From assembly GCF_044704955.1 (NCBI RefSeq), contig NC_091999.1, positions 15,314,001 to 15,378,000 on the forward strand: DNA of 64,000 nucleotides. The letters run 5' to 3'. Positions 35,531-48,233 of the stretch are shown one piece after another. The notes under the pieces were generated by a model. That model worked only from the letters and a program-made list of their open reading frames with translations. It did no database searches and had not been told where the DNA came from. Positions within the stretch are counted from its first letter, which is position 1. Each line of letters begins with the position of its first letter. The DNA is from Pristiophorus japonicus. Lineage: Eukaryota. A program made the translations under genes and the position numbers.

Positions 35531-37004
35531 GAAAGGAATGACAAGGGTGTATGCGGTTACAGGAGGATGTGAGGGGAAACAAACATAATACGAGGGGAAG
35601 AGTACATCCGCGATGGACCAGTATGAGATCCCTGGATAAGGATCCTTTCACATACCCTAGTGGCAGTACAGATAGTAATAGCCTTGAGTTGGTTGGTGAT
35701 GTTATGTAACAAGTGCAAAGACAGGCGAGGCTTACCCGAGCAAAGTTACAAGATAGGGATTAGAATCATGTCCCATGTGTTAGTCCTAGTGCAGCTGATA
35801 GTGGTGTTGATGCTCCTGGGAGACTGTGCAGGCAGATACAAGAGACGCAGAAAGAAGAGGTTGGCCAAGGCCCGTAACTAAGAACGCAGAAAGCCTTTGT
35901 TAGATCCAAAGAGGGTTAATCAAACAAAAAGACGGCATGAATACCTGATCTGAGTCGTGAATATCCAAATCCTATCGCCTGATCAACGAAACCGAGGCGG
36001 GAGACGCACGAATCAAGACAGGATAAGGCAGGAAAAGGAAAATTGTTGTTCATGGTGGGATATTTTTAAGGGCTGGTCACCTAAAGCCTCCGCAGTCCTC
36101 AAATTGATGTGGCATTCAATTGTGGTAATAATGGTAGTGGAAGGGATATGTATCGTGATCCAACTATATCTGATGTGTCAGATCAGAGAGATATACAACC
36201 ACGTGGTTCTAGCCGAACAGCAAACAACCTTGTTAATTATGTAATGTAGGCATGATAGGGAGGCGAGTAACTTTGTAACGCGTTCGGGAAACAACCAAGA
36301 CCCCCGAGCTTATGCACTGTATGTACAAAAAGAAATATAAGTGGCGTGCCAATATCCCAGGGAAATGGTCAGGTGCAGTGTGTAAAGACTCCGCAAAATA
36401 TGGAACAACGAGAGATCCCAGGGATATGGACTTGATATCACCATTTCCAGCAGATGGCTCAGAACATATGTGTGGTCAGCTGATTATTTAGAAATAATCA
36501 GGGACCAACAAGAGTGACTGAAAGGGCAGATTACAAATTGTAATTACAATTAATAATAATAATTGCGATGTTTTAAAAAGGAGTTAACAAGTTTTTAAAA
36601 TGGAACCCACAGCCTGTTTTTCAGACTGTGGGAAGCATGTGTGGGATGCATTCCACAGAGGAGCTGATGTTCCAATTCATAGAGCTGGGCACGGACACAG
36701 ATAACATAGAATTTGAATTGTAAAACAAGATAGGAGTTCAATAAAAAGAATCATAACAACATCTATTTGGAATTGCCAATTAAGGCATATAGAAGCCAGA
36801 TTGGAGGAATCAATCAGCATGTATTAATTGTAACTTGCGTAATTACTTAATGCTATAATCTGAAACTGCATAAAGTAAGATGTCTCTGGCAGTATCTTCG
36901 AGCATTCCTTCAAGGATAGTTCCCCTGCCGGCTTGGATTAATAAAACCTGCATTTACGTTAAGGCTAACAGAATCCTAGTGGTGGTTTGAAGTTAAACCT
37001 AACA
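35531..37004 (+). mobile_element. Putative 3' end of a retrovirus-like element: short membrane-anchor ORFs and LTR-like terminus
   Basis: Hydrophobic segments occur in ORFs 35627-35881 and 35957-36244. AATAAA is at 36940-36945, and the sequence ends ...CCTAACA abruptly against a minisatellite. The LTR start was not defined. Confidence 0.55.
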
Positions 37005-37445
37005 AGGTTAGAGAGATAGGGAAAGGTGTAGCGACTCGAAGAGGTTAGAGAGATAGGGAGGGGTGTTGGGCTGGAGGACGTTACAGAGATAGGGAGGGGT
37101 GTAGGGGCTCGAGGAGGTTCGAGACATAGCGAGGGGTGTAGGGCTGGAGGAGGTTACGGAGATCGGGAGCGGTGTAGGGCTGGAGCAGGTTACAAAGCTA
37201 TGGAGCGGTGTAGGGGCTGGAGGAGGTTACAGAGATAGGGAGGAGTGTAGGGGCTGGAGGAGGTTACAGAGATAGGGAGGGGGTAGGGACTGGAGGAGGT
37301 TACAGAGATAGGGAGTGGTGTAGGGGCTGGAAAAGGTTTCAGAGAGAGGGAGGGGTGTAGGGGCTGGAGGAGGTTACAGAGATAGGGAGGTGCGGGGCCA
37401 TCGAGGGGTTTGAACAGGAGGCTGAGAATTTTAAAATCAGCGCCT
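37005..37445 (-). repeat. ~37-bp minisatellite derived from an L2-type LINE ORF2 3' region
   Basis: Unit GGGCTGGAGGAGGTTACAGAGATAGGGAGGGGTGTAG, about 10 copies. The minus strand reads DFKIL.L.FK.LDGPAPPYLCNLLQP, as in the L2 fragment at 41520-42120. Confidence 0.85.
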
Positions 37446-37759
37446 CGCTGGGGCCGAGGAGGGGGGAGAAGGGCAGGAACACAACCCCTCACTACCGACC
37501 CTGCACTAACCCCCATCCTCTGTTACATCACCTGGAGTTCCAGCGACAATACTCTTGGTATTTATCTACTCACTGCCTCACTCAAAGCTTATCTCCCATT
37601 GACAGTCCATGTGAGTGCCCTTGTTGTCCCAGAATTGCTCCCCGTGGACACCGACTGACCTTCCCCGTGCCTCCGCCACCCTCCTCCTGTTTCGTGACGG
37701 CTGATAAATTCAGGTTGTGTTCCAGTCAGCAAGCAAAAGATCGGGGCTGGGGGGGTAGG

Positions 37760-37846
37760 GGTCATATAAATTAAAACACGTGGCGGGCGGAGGAAGGGGC
37801 TTGCGGGACCGTGTCCGGCCCGAGGGCCGTATGTTTGACACCCCTG
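37760..37846. mobile_element. hAT (Charlie-like) DNA transposon terminus
   Basis: ggcccgagggccgtatGTTTGACACCCCTG is the reverse complement of the TIR CAGGGGTGTCAAAC. The partner TIR was not found. Confidence 0.6.
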
Positions 37847-38884
37847 ATCTACACTGTCAAGCCCTGTAAGAACTTTGTATGTTTTAAAATGAGATCACCT
37901 CTCATTCTTCTAACCTGTACAGAATATAGGCCGAGTCTACTCAATCTCTCCTCACAAGACAATCCCCCAATCCCAGGAATCAGTCTGGCGAACCTTCGTT
38001 GCCATCCTCAATGGTAAGTACATCCTTCTTTACGTAAGCAATCAAAACTGTACACAATACTCCAGGTGTAGTCTCACCAGGGTCCTATATAATTGCAGTA
38101 AGATGTCTAAGAGCAAGTTATTATTTAATGGAGAAAGATTGCAAAGTGCCGCAGTACAGCAGGCCTGGGGTTACTTGTGCATGAAACACAAAAGGATAGT
38201 ATGCAGGTACAGCAAGTGATCAGGAAGGCCAATGGTATCTTGACCTTTTTTGCAAAGGGGATGGAGTATAAAAGCGGCGAAGTCTTGCTCCAGCTATATA
38301 AGGTTTTGGTGAGGCCACACCTGGAATACTGCATGCAGTTTTGGTTTCCATATTTACGAAAGGATATAATTGCTTTGGAGGCAGTTCAGAGAAGGTTCAC
38401 TAGGTTGATATAAGGGATCAGCAGGTTGACTTATGAGGAAAGGTTGAGTAGTTTGGGCCTCTACTCATTGGAATTCAGAAGAATGAGAGGTGATCTTATC
38501 GAAACGTATAAGATTGTGAGGGGGCTTGACCAGGTGGATGCAGAGCTGATGTTTCCACTGATGGGGGGAGACTCGAACTAGAGGGCATGATCTTAGAAGA
38601 AGGGGCCGCCCATTTAAAACAGATGAGGAGGAATTTCTTCTCTCAGAGGGTTGTAAATCTGTCGAACTCGCTGCCTCAGAGAGCTGTGGAAGCTGGGACA
38701 TTGAATAAATTTAAGACAGAAATAGTTTCTTAAATGATAAGGGGATAAGGGGTTATGGAGAGCGGGCGGGTAAGGGGAGCTGAGTCTATGATCAGATCAG
38801 CCATGATCTTATTGAATGGCGGAGCAGGCTCGAGGGGTATGGCCTACTCCAGTTCCTATTTCTTATGTTCCTGTTCTTATGTTT
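37847..38884. mobile_element. CR1 fragments (- 37847-38108; + 38109-38884 with 3' tail)
   Basis: ORF 38177-38413 reads KANGIL...LVRPHLEYCMQFWFP, followed by a ttcttatgtt tail. Confidence 0.88.
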
Positions 38885-40860
38885 ACTATTATCCTCAACT
38901 CCTCTTGTAATAAAGGCCGACATACCATTTGTTTTCTTAATTGCTTGCTGTGCCTGCATGTTAACTTTCAGTGATTCGTGTACACGGACACCAAGGTCCC
39001 TCTGAACACCAACATTTCCCAATCTCTCACCATTTCAAGTAGCTGTTTCCAGTCCACTTTGGCTAAACCACATCTCAGTTCAGTAAAATTGGCTTTTCCC
39101 CAATTGAGAACTTTTATTCATGGTCTATCTTTGCCCTTTTCCATAACTACCCTAAATCTAACAGAATTACGATCACTAGCACCAATGCTCTCCCACTGAT
39201 ACCCCTTCCACCTGCCCAGCTTCAGTCCCTAATACTAAGTCCAGAACATCCCCCTCTCTTGCTGGGCTTGCTACGTACTGGCTAAAAGGTTCAGCTGGTT
39301 GCTGACGCCTCTGCGAAGGACAATAAGTCCTTTCTATCCACTCTATCTGGGCCCCTCATATTGTTATCCACCTCATTAACGTCTGCCCTCAGCCTCCTCT
39401 GTTCCACAGAAAACAAACTATTAAGAGGATTGGTAGGCTGGAGGAGGTTACAGAGATAGTGATGTGTGAGACCCTGGAGAGATTTGATCAAGAGAATGTG
39501 TATTTTAAAGGCTGATGCCACCAGCCATCTCGCCCAGCACAGAATGTAACTCACTACCGACAGGAAGGATGTTACATTAACTACTACGAATGCATAATGA
39601 GAGGCAATCAATCTCTGTCCCTTCAACTAACAGCGACATGGAAAGAGGGAAATGAATGACCTTTAAATACCTGGTCCACTTGGCACTGAAGTGTCTGAAA
39701 CTCATAATAGGAACTCATAAATGGAAATAAAATACTGACAGCTGTTAAACTGTTTTGTTGACACAAGAAATTTCGATTCAATTTTTAAAAGATAAATTGT
39801 TTAACAGGGGTTCACACAGACTCACCCGACAGGCCGACTCAGGATCCACCCCTCAAGCACCGTGATTGGTTGCAGAACACGCTGCTCCCTGGGCCCTCCG
39901 GCCTCTGACCTCTCTTCTTGTTGGTTCCCAGGGCAATCAATCACCACTCGCCAACATTACACTGCCACATTAAGTTGAGGGGCTCTGAGGAAGAAATAAA
40001 ATGAGGCCGTGAATCTGAGTTAAGAAATAAAATTAGAAAAGCATGATTAAATGAATGAGGAGAGACAATATAAACTAAAGGGTACAATCTTAAAGGGGTT
40101 CCATGAACAGTGAGACCTGCGGGTATATGTGGACAAATCGTGGAAGGTGGCAGGACAGGTTGGGAAAGCAGTTAAAAAAGCTTGCAGGATCCTGGGCATC
40201 ACAGAGTACAAAAGCAAGGAGGTTATGATGAACCTTTGTAAAACACTGGTTCGGTCTCAACTGGAGCACTGTGTCCAATTCTGGGCACCGCAAATTAGGG
40301 TGTGATGGCCTTAGAAAGGGTGCAGAAAAGATTGACAAGAATGATTCACGAGATGAGGGACTTCAGTGACGTGGGTTGACTGGAGAAGCTGGGGTTGTTC
40401 TCCTTGGAGTAGTGAAGATTGAGAGGAGAATTGATAGAGGTGTTCAAAATCATGAGGGGTCCGGACAGAGTAGATAGAGAGATACTGTTCGCATTGGTGG
40501 AGGGGTCGAGAACCAGAGGAGATGGATTTAACGTGGATGAGCAGAAGAACCAAAGACAGTGTAAGAAAAATCTATTTTATGCAGTGAGTCGTTAGGATCA
40601 GGAATGCACAGGCTGAAAGGTTGGTGGAGGCAGACTCAATCACAGCTTTCAAAAGGGAATTGGATAAGTACCTGAAAGAAAACATTTGCAGCACTAGGGG
40701 GAAAGGGCGAGCAGTGGGACTAGCTGGGAGCTGGCAAGGGCTCGACGGGCCGAATGGACTTCCGTGCTGTAACCATTCTCTGATTGTGTGAGCAGAACCA
40801 CTCTGTTCCCTGACTCAATCTAAAGCCTTCCTGAGTGTGAGCACCTCTGTTAAACCTGTC
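38885..40860 (-). repeat. Left arm of a ~2-kb inverted segmental duplication (partner 59626-61553)
   Basis: The same mosaic of CR1/L2 pieces and unique sequence appears in reverse complement, e.g. 40801-40857 vs 59626-59682 and 39040-39290 vs 61143-61400. Confidence 0.9.
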
Positions 40861-41519
40861 TACCTCAGCCTTAAATATATTCAATGACCCAGCCTCCACA
40901 GCTCTCTGGGGCAGAGAATTCCACAGATTACAACCCTCTGAGAGAAGAAATTCCTCCTCATCTCAGTTTTAAATGGTCTGAGGAGAAAAGCTGCATTTGT
41001 AAATAGAACAGGATTGACTGGGATTGCTTTGGGCACTGAACCATGTTCATTCTGGCAGTTCTTGTTTGTTTCTGATTATCTTAATAACCCCTATATGTGG
41101 GCTTGAGATTAATATCTTGTATAAATGTTGAACAAATTATCTTCGTTTCAAATACAGTTTGTCGAATATTTGATTCCTCCATGATCAGAGGAGACTAATT
41201 GATGTTCTGTTACCGACTGTTCCATTTTAGGGCTTTTACTGCATCTAACTTATGTCACTTCTCACCTAGTTCACCTTTTATTCTAACTTGTTCCATTTGA
41301 GTACACGAGTTGTAGTTGTCGTAGACTTAACTGCAGTGTCTTAATTTAAACTCAGCTGAAATCCTTTGAACAGCCACTTTATTGAACTGCCTTGCATAAG
41401 ATTTGAAATCCGTTACTTTCTGTAACCTGGTTTTGGAACCGATTGAATTTTAAAATGCATCCACACATTTTGCACGTGATAGCCTGTGAAATATTCTGAT
41501 ATTTGTCATTTTCATTGCC

Positions 41520-42120
41520 ACAAACTCAGTTCCCTAGCCACCGACGCAATCCCTCTCCCCAACTTGTGTCTGTGCCTGAACCGGACTGTTTGCAACCTTG
41601 GTGCCATACTTAACCCTGAAGTCTGTTTTTGACCACATATCCACAGCATAATTAAGAATGCATATTTCCACCTCTGTAACATCACCCTTGCCTCAGTTCA
41701 TCCGCTGCTGACCCTTCATCCCTGCCTTTGTTACTTCTGGACTTGACTATTACAACGCACTTCTGCCACATTCTCACCTGCATAAACTCGAGTTGATCCA
41801 AAATTCGGTTGCCCGTGCCCTAACTCTCACCACGTCCAGCTCACCCATCACCCTGTGCTCGCTGAACTACATTGGCTTCTGGTTCAGCAACGCCTGATTT
41901 CAAAATTCTAATACTTATTTTCAAAACTCTCGATGGCCTCGCCCCTCCCTTGCTCTGTAAACTCCTCCAGCCCCAACCAGCACCACACCGCCACCCCTCC
42001 ACCCCCACCCCCCCCACCCCGCCCATGAAATATCTGTCTTCCTGAGCATCCCTGATTATAATTGGTGGCTGTGCTTTCTGTTGTCCAGGCCCCAAATTCT
42101 GGAAAACTCAGCCTAAACCT
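41520..42120 (+). mobile_element. L2-clade LINE 3' fragment
   Basis: NLGAIL...AYFHL...FVTSGLDYYNALL...HWL...DFKILIL.FK.LDGLAP. Confidence 0.8.
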
Positions 42121-42124
42121 TTCT

Positions 42125-43717
42125 GTCTAACCCATGTTGTACCTGCTCTGGCAGTTCTTGATGGGATAGTGTAGAGCAAGCTTTTCTCTCTTATCTAATC
42201 CGTGCTCCATCTTTCCATGGAGTGTTTGATAGGAGAGTGTAGGGTGAACTTTACTCAGCATCTAACCCGTGTTGTTCCTCCTCTGGGTGTGTTTGATGGG
42301 ACGGTGTAGAGGGAGATTTACTCTGTATCGAACACGTGCTTTACCTGTCCTGGAAGTGTTTGATGGACAGTGTCGGGGGAGCTTTACAGTGGATGTAACC
42401 TGTGCTATACCTATGCTGGGAGTGTTTGATGGGACAATGTCGCAGGAGTTGTACTCTATATCTAACCCATGCCGTAACTGCAATGGTAGTGTTTGATGGA
42501 TAAGTCTATGCGGAGCTTTACTCTTTGACTAACCTATGCTGTGCCTATTGTGCGAGTGCTTGATGGGACAGTGTAGTGGGAGATTAACTCTGTATGTAAC
42601 CAATGCTGTACCAACCCTGGGAGTGTTTGGGACAGGCTAGAGGGAGATTTAACCTTCAATAACCAAAGCTGTATCTACCTGGGAATGTCTGGTGAGACAT
42701 TGTAGAGGGAGCTTTATTCTGCATCTCAACTGTGTTGTCATCATCATCATCATCATAGGCAGTCCCTCGGAATCGAATAAGACTTGCTTCCACTCCTGAA
42801 GTGAGTTATTTGGTGGCTGAACAGTCTAATACGAGAGCCACAGACTCTGTCACAGGTGGGACAGATTGTCGTTGAAGGAAGGGGTGGGTGGGACTGGTTT
42901 GCAGCACGCTCTTTCCACTGCCTGCACTTGTTTTCTGCATGCTCTTGGCGATGAGACTCCCGGATGCACTTCCTCCACTTAGGGCAGTCTTTGGCCAGGG
43001 ACTCCCAGATGTCAGTGCGGATCTCGCACTGTATCAGGGAGGCTTTGAGGGTGCCCTTGTAACGTTTCCACTGCCCACCTTTGGCTCATTTTCTGTGAAG
43101 AAGCTCAGCATGGAGCACTTGCTTTGGGAGCCTCGTGTCTGGCATGCGAACTATGTGGTGTGCATAGTGGAGCTAATCGAGTGTAGTCAGTGCTTCAATG
43201 CTGGGGACGTTAACCTGGACGAGGACTCTGATGTTGGTGTGCCTGTACGGCCAGGTGATTTGTCGGATTTTGCGGAGACATCTTTGGTGATATATCTCCA
43301 GCGAGAAAAAGTGTCCACTGTACATTGTCCATGCCTCTGAGCCATACAGGAGGGCGGGTATTCCTACAGACCTGTAGTCCATGAGTTTGGTTGTACCTGC
43401 CCAGGGAATGGTTAATGAGACAGTGTAGAGGAAACTTTACTCTGTCTCTAACCCATGCTGTATCTGTCCTGGGAGTGTTTGATGGGACAGTGTAGAGGGA
43501 GCTTTACTCTGTATCTCACCCGTGCTGCACCTGCCCCGCGAATATCCGCTGGAACAGTATAGAGGGAGATTTTCTCTACACCTAACAGATGCTGTATCTG
43601 CCCTGGAATGGCTGGGACAAGTTAGAGGGAGATGTAGTCTGTGTCTAACCTGTGCTGTACTTGCACTGGAAACGTTTGATGGAACAGTATAGAGGGAGCT
43701 TTATTCTATATTTAACC
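42125..43717 (-). repeat. 67-bp satellite, degenerate, interrupted by an RTE
   Basis: Reverse complement of the 9545-10080 unit (gggagtgtttgatgggacagtgtagagggagctttactctgtatctaaccc). Confidence 0.88.
42739..43390 (-). mobile_element. RTE-clade LINE 3' fragment
   Basis: (CAT)n tail at 42739-42756 and PALLYGSEAWT...YHQRCLRKI..I.W. Confidence 0.85.
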
Positions 43718-46700
43718 TGTTAATTCCAGAAAAAGTAATGTGATTGAGTACTGTAGACGTGAGTACATGTGACTTGTCTCTTTATTCTAACTTCAGAGTG
43801 CACGTACAACATGGAAGGTCTGCTTATATACAGTGCTCCAAAGCGACGCTGGGATCCCTTGGGACTCCAACAGATACGCCCTGTGGTGGTGGTAGAATTC
43901 TGGTTACATAGGGTTGCATACATAACATCACTCCCTCCCAAAGTCAATAGTACACTTATTTGCAAGTTGAGACGATTTGGAGCTTTTCGCTCCCAAGTCG
44001 ATCGTCTCAGTACAAATGCAGATGCAGGTGAGTTGGTTGGTTCTTCGCTGGGCTGCTGCGCAGCTGACCTTGCTGGGCTGCTGGGGATGATGAGTTCAGC
44101 TTCGTGGTCAACCATGATGTTGGTTGCCACCTGTGTGTCTGTCGGAGGGTCGAAGTTGGTTGCTTGTGGCTGTCTGTGAATCGCAGTTTGGTTTGGTCCA
44201 AATGCTTTCTGCAAGTTAATCCATTTGCGAGTTTGACCTGAAACACCCTCCTCCCTTCTTTGGCTATGACAGTGCCAGCAAGCTATTTGGGTCCATGTCC
44301 ATAGTTGAGTACAAATACATGGTCATTGACTTCAATATTGCGTGACAAATTTGTGCGATCACGGTACATGCTTTTTTGATGCCGCCTGCCCTCGACTTGA
44401 TCATGGAGATCAGGGTGAAGGAGAGAAAGTCTTGTTTTGAGCACCCTTTTCAGGAGCAGCTCAGCTGGGGAAATCCGGTGAGAGAATGGTGTCTGGTGCA
44501 GTGGCTGAGCAGGACTCGGGACATGTGGGTCTGCAGGGAGCCTTTTGACATGTGTTTCAAGCTTTGCTTGATGGTTTGGACTGCACGTTCTGTCTGGCCA
44601 TTGGATGCGGGCTTGAACGGGGCAGATATGATGTGCTTGATCCCATTAAGTGTCATGAATTCCTTGAATTCAGCGCTGGTGAAGCATGGCACATTGTCGC
44701 TGACAAAATTATCAGGCCGGCCGTGCATGGCTCGTAGGTTTTCGAGAGTGGCAGTGGACGTGCTTACAGATATTATTACACACTCAATCCAGTTAGAATA
44801 AACATCCACAAGAACGAAGAACATTTTGCCTAGAAATGGGCCAGCAAAGTCAACGTGGATCCTAGACCACGGTTTGGAGGGCCATGACCGCAAACTTGGG
44901 TGCCCTGGGTGCATTGCTCAGTTGCGAGCAAGTGGTGTATTGGCGCACGCAAGACTCCAAATCTGAGTCGATATCGGGCCTCCACACATGGGGTCTGGCT
45001 ATAGCTTTCATCATTACTATGCCTGGGTGGGCACAGTTTAGGTCAGGTTTGAACATTTCCCTGCCTTTCTTGGGCAAAACCACGTGATTACCCAACAAAA
45101 GACAGTCAGTCTGTCTGGACATTTCGTCTTTACGCTGCTGGAACAGCTTGATCTCTTCATGCATCTCTGCTGGGACGCTGGACCAGCTCCCATGGAGGAC
45201 ACAGTTTTTACAAGGGACAGTAAAGGATCCTGGCTGTTCCAGTTCCTGATCTGGCGGCCGTAACGGGTGACTTTTCATTTTCAAATGCATCCATCACCAA
45301 GAGCAAATCTGCAGGCTGTGCCATTTCCACCCCGGTGGTGGGAAAAGTAGCCGACTGAGGGCATCAGCGCAGTTCTCTGTGCCTGGCCAGTGGTCAATTG
45401 CATACTTTTATACATACAGCGTGAGCACCCATCTTTGGATGCGAGCAGAAGCATTGGTATTAATACCTTTGCTCTCTGTGAATAGCGATATGAGCGGCTT
45501 ATGTTCAGTTTCAAACGCGAACTAAAGCCCAAACAGATACTGGTGTATTTTTTCACCCCGTAAACGCATGCCAGAGCTTCTTTTTCAATCATGCTGTAGG
45601 TTCTTTCGGCCTTGGACGAACTCCTGGACGTATAGGCGACCGGTTGCAATGTTCCCAATTCGTTTGCTTATTGTAACACACGCCCGAGCCCGTACAAAGA
45701 TGCATCGCAAGCTAGCACTAAACGTTTACATGGATCATACAGGACAAGCAGTTTGTTGGAACGTAACAGATTTCGGGCTTTCTCAAAATCAGTCTCTTTT
45801 GATTTCTCCCATGCCTAATAATCTCCCTTGTGCAGCCACATGTGTAGACGTTCTAGCAAGGTGCTTAACCCGGGTAGGAAATTCCCAAAATAATTGAGGA
45901 GCTCCATCATGTTCTCTGGTCTCAGCGCGTTCTTGATGGCCTCCGGCTTGGCGTCAGTGGGTCTGATGCTATCTGCCAAGATTCTTCTCTCTAGGTACTC
46001 GACTTTTGGCGCCAGGAAAACACACTTCGAGCGTTTCAACCTGAGTCCCACATGATCTAGCCGACTTAGAACCTCTTCCACGTTCTGCAAGTGATCGATG
46101 GTGTCCCGACCTGTGACCAGTATATCATCCTTGAAAACCACGATGTGCAGAACCGACTTTAGCAGACTCTCCATGTCCTTTTGAAAAATAGTCGCGATCG
46201 ATCAAATTCCAAACGGGCATCTAATGTAGATGAACATACCTTGGTGCGTGTTGATGCAGGTGAGGCTTTTTAAGATTACGCCAGCTCCTGCGTCATATAG
46301 GCCGAGGTCAGGTCCAACTTGGTGAATGTCTTTCCTCCTGCTAGTGTTGCAAATAGTTCGTCTGCCTTGGGTTGCGGCTACTGGTCCTGCAGCGAAAAAT
46401 GGTTAATCGTTACATTATAGTCCCCGCAAATTCTGACTGTGACATTGCCCTTGAGAACCAGAACAATCTGACTGGCCCACTCATTGAACTCCACCAGTGC
46501 GATGATGCCCTTTCGTTGCAGCCTGTCTTACTCGATCTCCACTTTCTCTCGCATCATATATGTCACTGCCCGTGCCTTGTGCTGGATGGGTCATGTACCG
46601 GGAATCGAGTGGATCTGCACTTTCGCCCTCAAGAAACTTCCGATCCCTGGCTCAAACAACGACGGAAACTTGCTCAGAACCTGGGCACATGAGGCGTCAT

Positions 46701-48164
46701 CGATGGATGAAAGCGTTCGGATGTCATCCCAGTTCCAGCGTATTTTTCTCAGCCAGCTTCTGCCGAACAGTGTGGGGCCATCTCCTGACATGATCCTTAG
46801 TTGTAGTTCGTGTACTGTTCCATCATAAGAGACTTTTAATAATGTGCTGTCAATTACAGGGATCAGCTCTTTAGTGTAAGTTTTAAGCTTAGTGTGAATG
46901 GGGCTCAGCTTGGGCCTGTCGAAGGCCCTTTTCTCATGATGGACTGACTCGCACCCATGTCCAATTCCATGGATACTGAAATTCCGTTCAGTTCAACATT
47001 TAACATAATTGGTGGACATTTCGTGGTGAAGGTGTGTACCCCGTACACTTCTGCCTCCTCGGTTTGAGTCTCTAGTTCAGTTTGATCCACCATGGATCGG
47101 TATCCACTGCAATGTGGTGCTTTGCAGTGTTTGCAGCTCATCTGCACATTCGCTGGAGGTGTCCCATTGTTCCACAGCCTTTGCACGCATAGTGTTTGAG
47201 GCTGCATTGATGGGCTCGATGATCACCTCCACAGTGCCAACAAGCTGTTAACTGCCTCGCATTAATGCTTGATGGCAGAATCTGAGTCATCTGATATCAT
47301 GCAGCTGCAAGCGTGTACATTCTGCCATATGCATTCCTGCCTGAAAACGATGTTACTTTCTGTACAGTACTTGCCGAATCATCTGTATGCTGCGAAAATT
47401 TATTTGGTGTTATCGCTGGTGGACATAAATGCCGAGGCTATCGTTATGGCTTTGCTCAGGTGTTTCAACAATCAATAGTTTGCAAAGGATATCCTCATGG
47501 CCAATGCCAAGCACAAAAAATATCTTAGCATTTACTCCAGGCATCCATCAAATTTAAAATGTCCTGCAAGATGCCTTATTTCGCCGACGTAGCTCACCAC
47601 TTCCTGGCCTTCAGATCGTTGACATGTGTAAAATCGATACCTTGCCATCAGAATGCTCTCCTTCGGTTGTAGGTGCTCCTGGACCAGCGTACACAGTTCT
47701 TCATACGATTTGGTTGTTGGTTTCACCGGAGCAAGAAAATTCTTCATGAGGCTATATGTTGTTGCCCCGCAGAGAGTGAGGAGGATCGCCCTTTGTTTGG
47801 CAGCATTCACATTACCTGCCAGCTCGTTGGCCATGAAGTATTAGTCGAGTCGCTGCATGAAGACCTCCCAATCGTCCCCTTCTGAGAATTTCTCCAGGAT
47901 ATCAACAGTTCTCTGTATTTTCGCATGATGGTTCATTATCTCGACGCCAATTGTTATGGCCAGAATAAAGTAATGTGATTGAATACTGTCGACATGAGTA
48001 AGTATAATCTTGGTCTCTTTTTTCTAACTCCAGAGTGTACGTATAGCATGGGAGGCCGGCTTCTATACAGTGCTCCCAAGGGATGCTGGGATCCCTTTTG
48101 ACTCCAACAGATATGCCCTCTGATGGCGGTAGATTGCTGGTTACATAGGGTTGCATACATAACA
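43718..48164 (-). mobile_element. Full-length decayed Gypsy LTR retrotransposon (Mag/K02A2.6-like)
   Basis: LTRs at 43718-43927 and 47952-48164 (TGTTA...TAACA) with a 5-bp TSD TAACC (43713-43717, 48165-48169). PBS-like TGGCGTCGAG and PPT GGGAGGGAG are present. Coding remnants include gag (KQRAILLTLCG), protease (ELDMGAS), RT (FKDDILV), RNase H (YSMIEKEALA) and integrase (WSRIHVDFAGPF, SDN, SNGQTERAVQ). Confidence 0.95.
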
Positions 48165-48233
48165 TAACCCATGTTGTACTTGCCCTGGGAATGTCTGATG
48201 GGACAGTGTAGAGGGAGCTTTAATCTGTATCTA

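Noticed and set aside
12850-37004. LTR at 12850 and LTR-like end at 37004 as two ends of one provirus
   Set aside because: No sequence similarity seen and the termini differ (ACTACA vs CTAACA).
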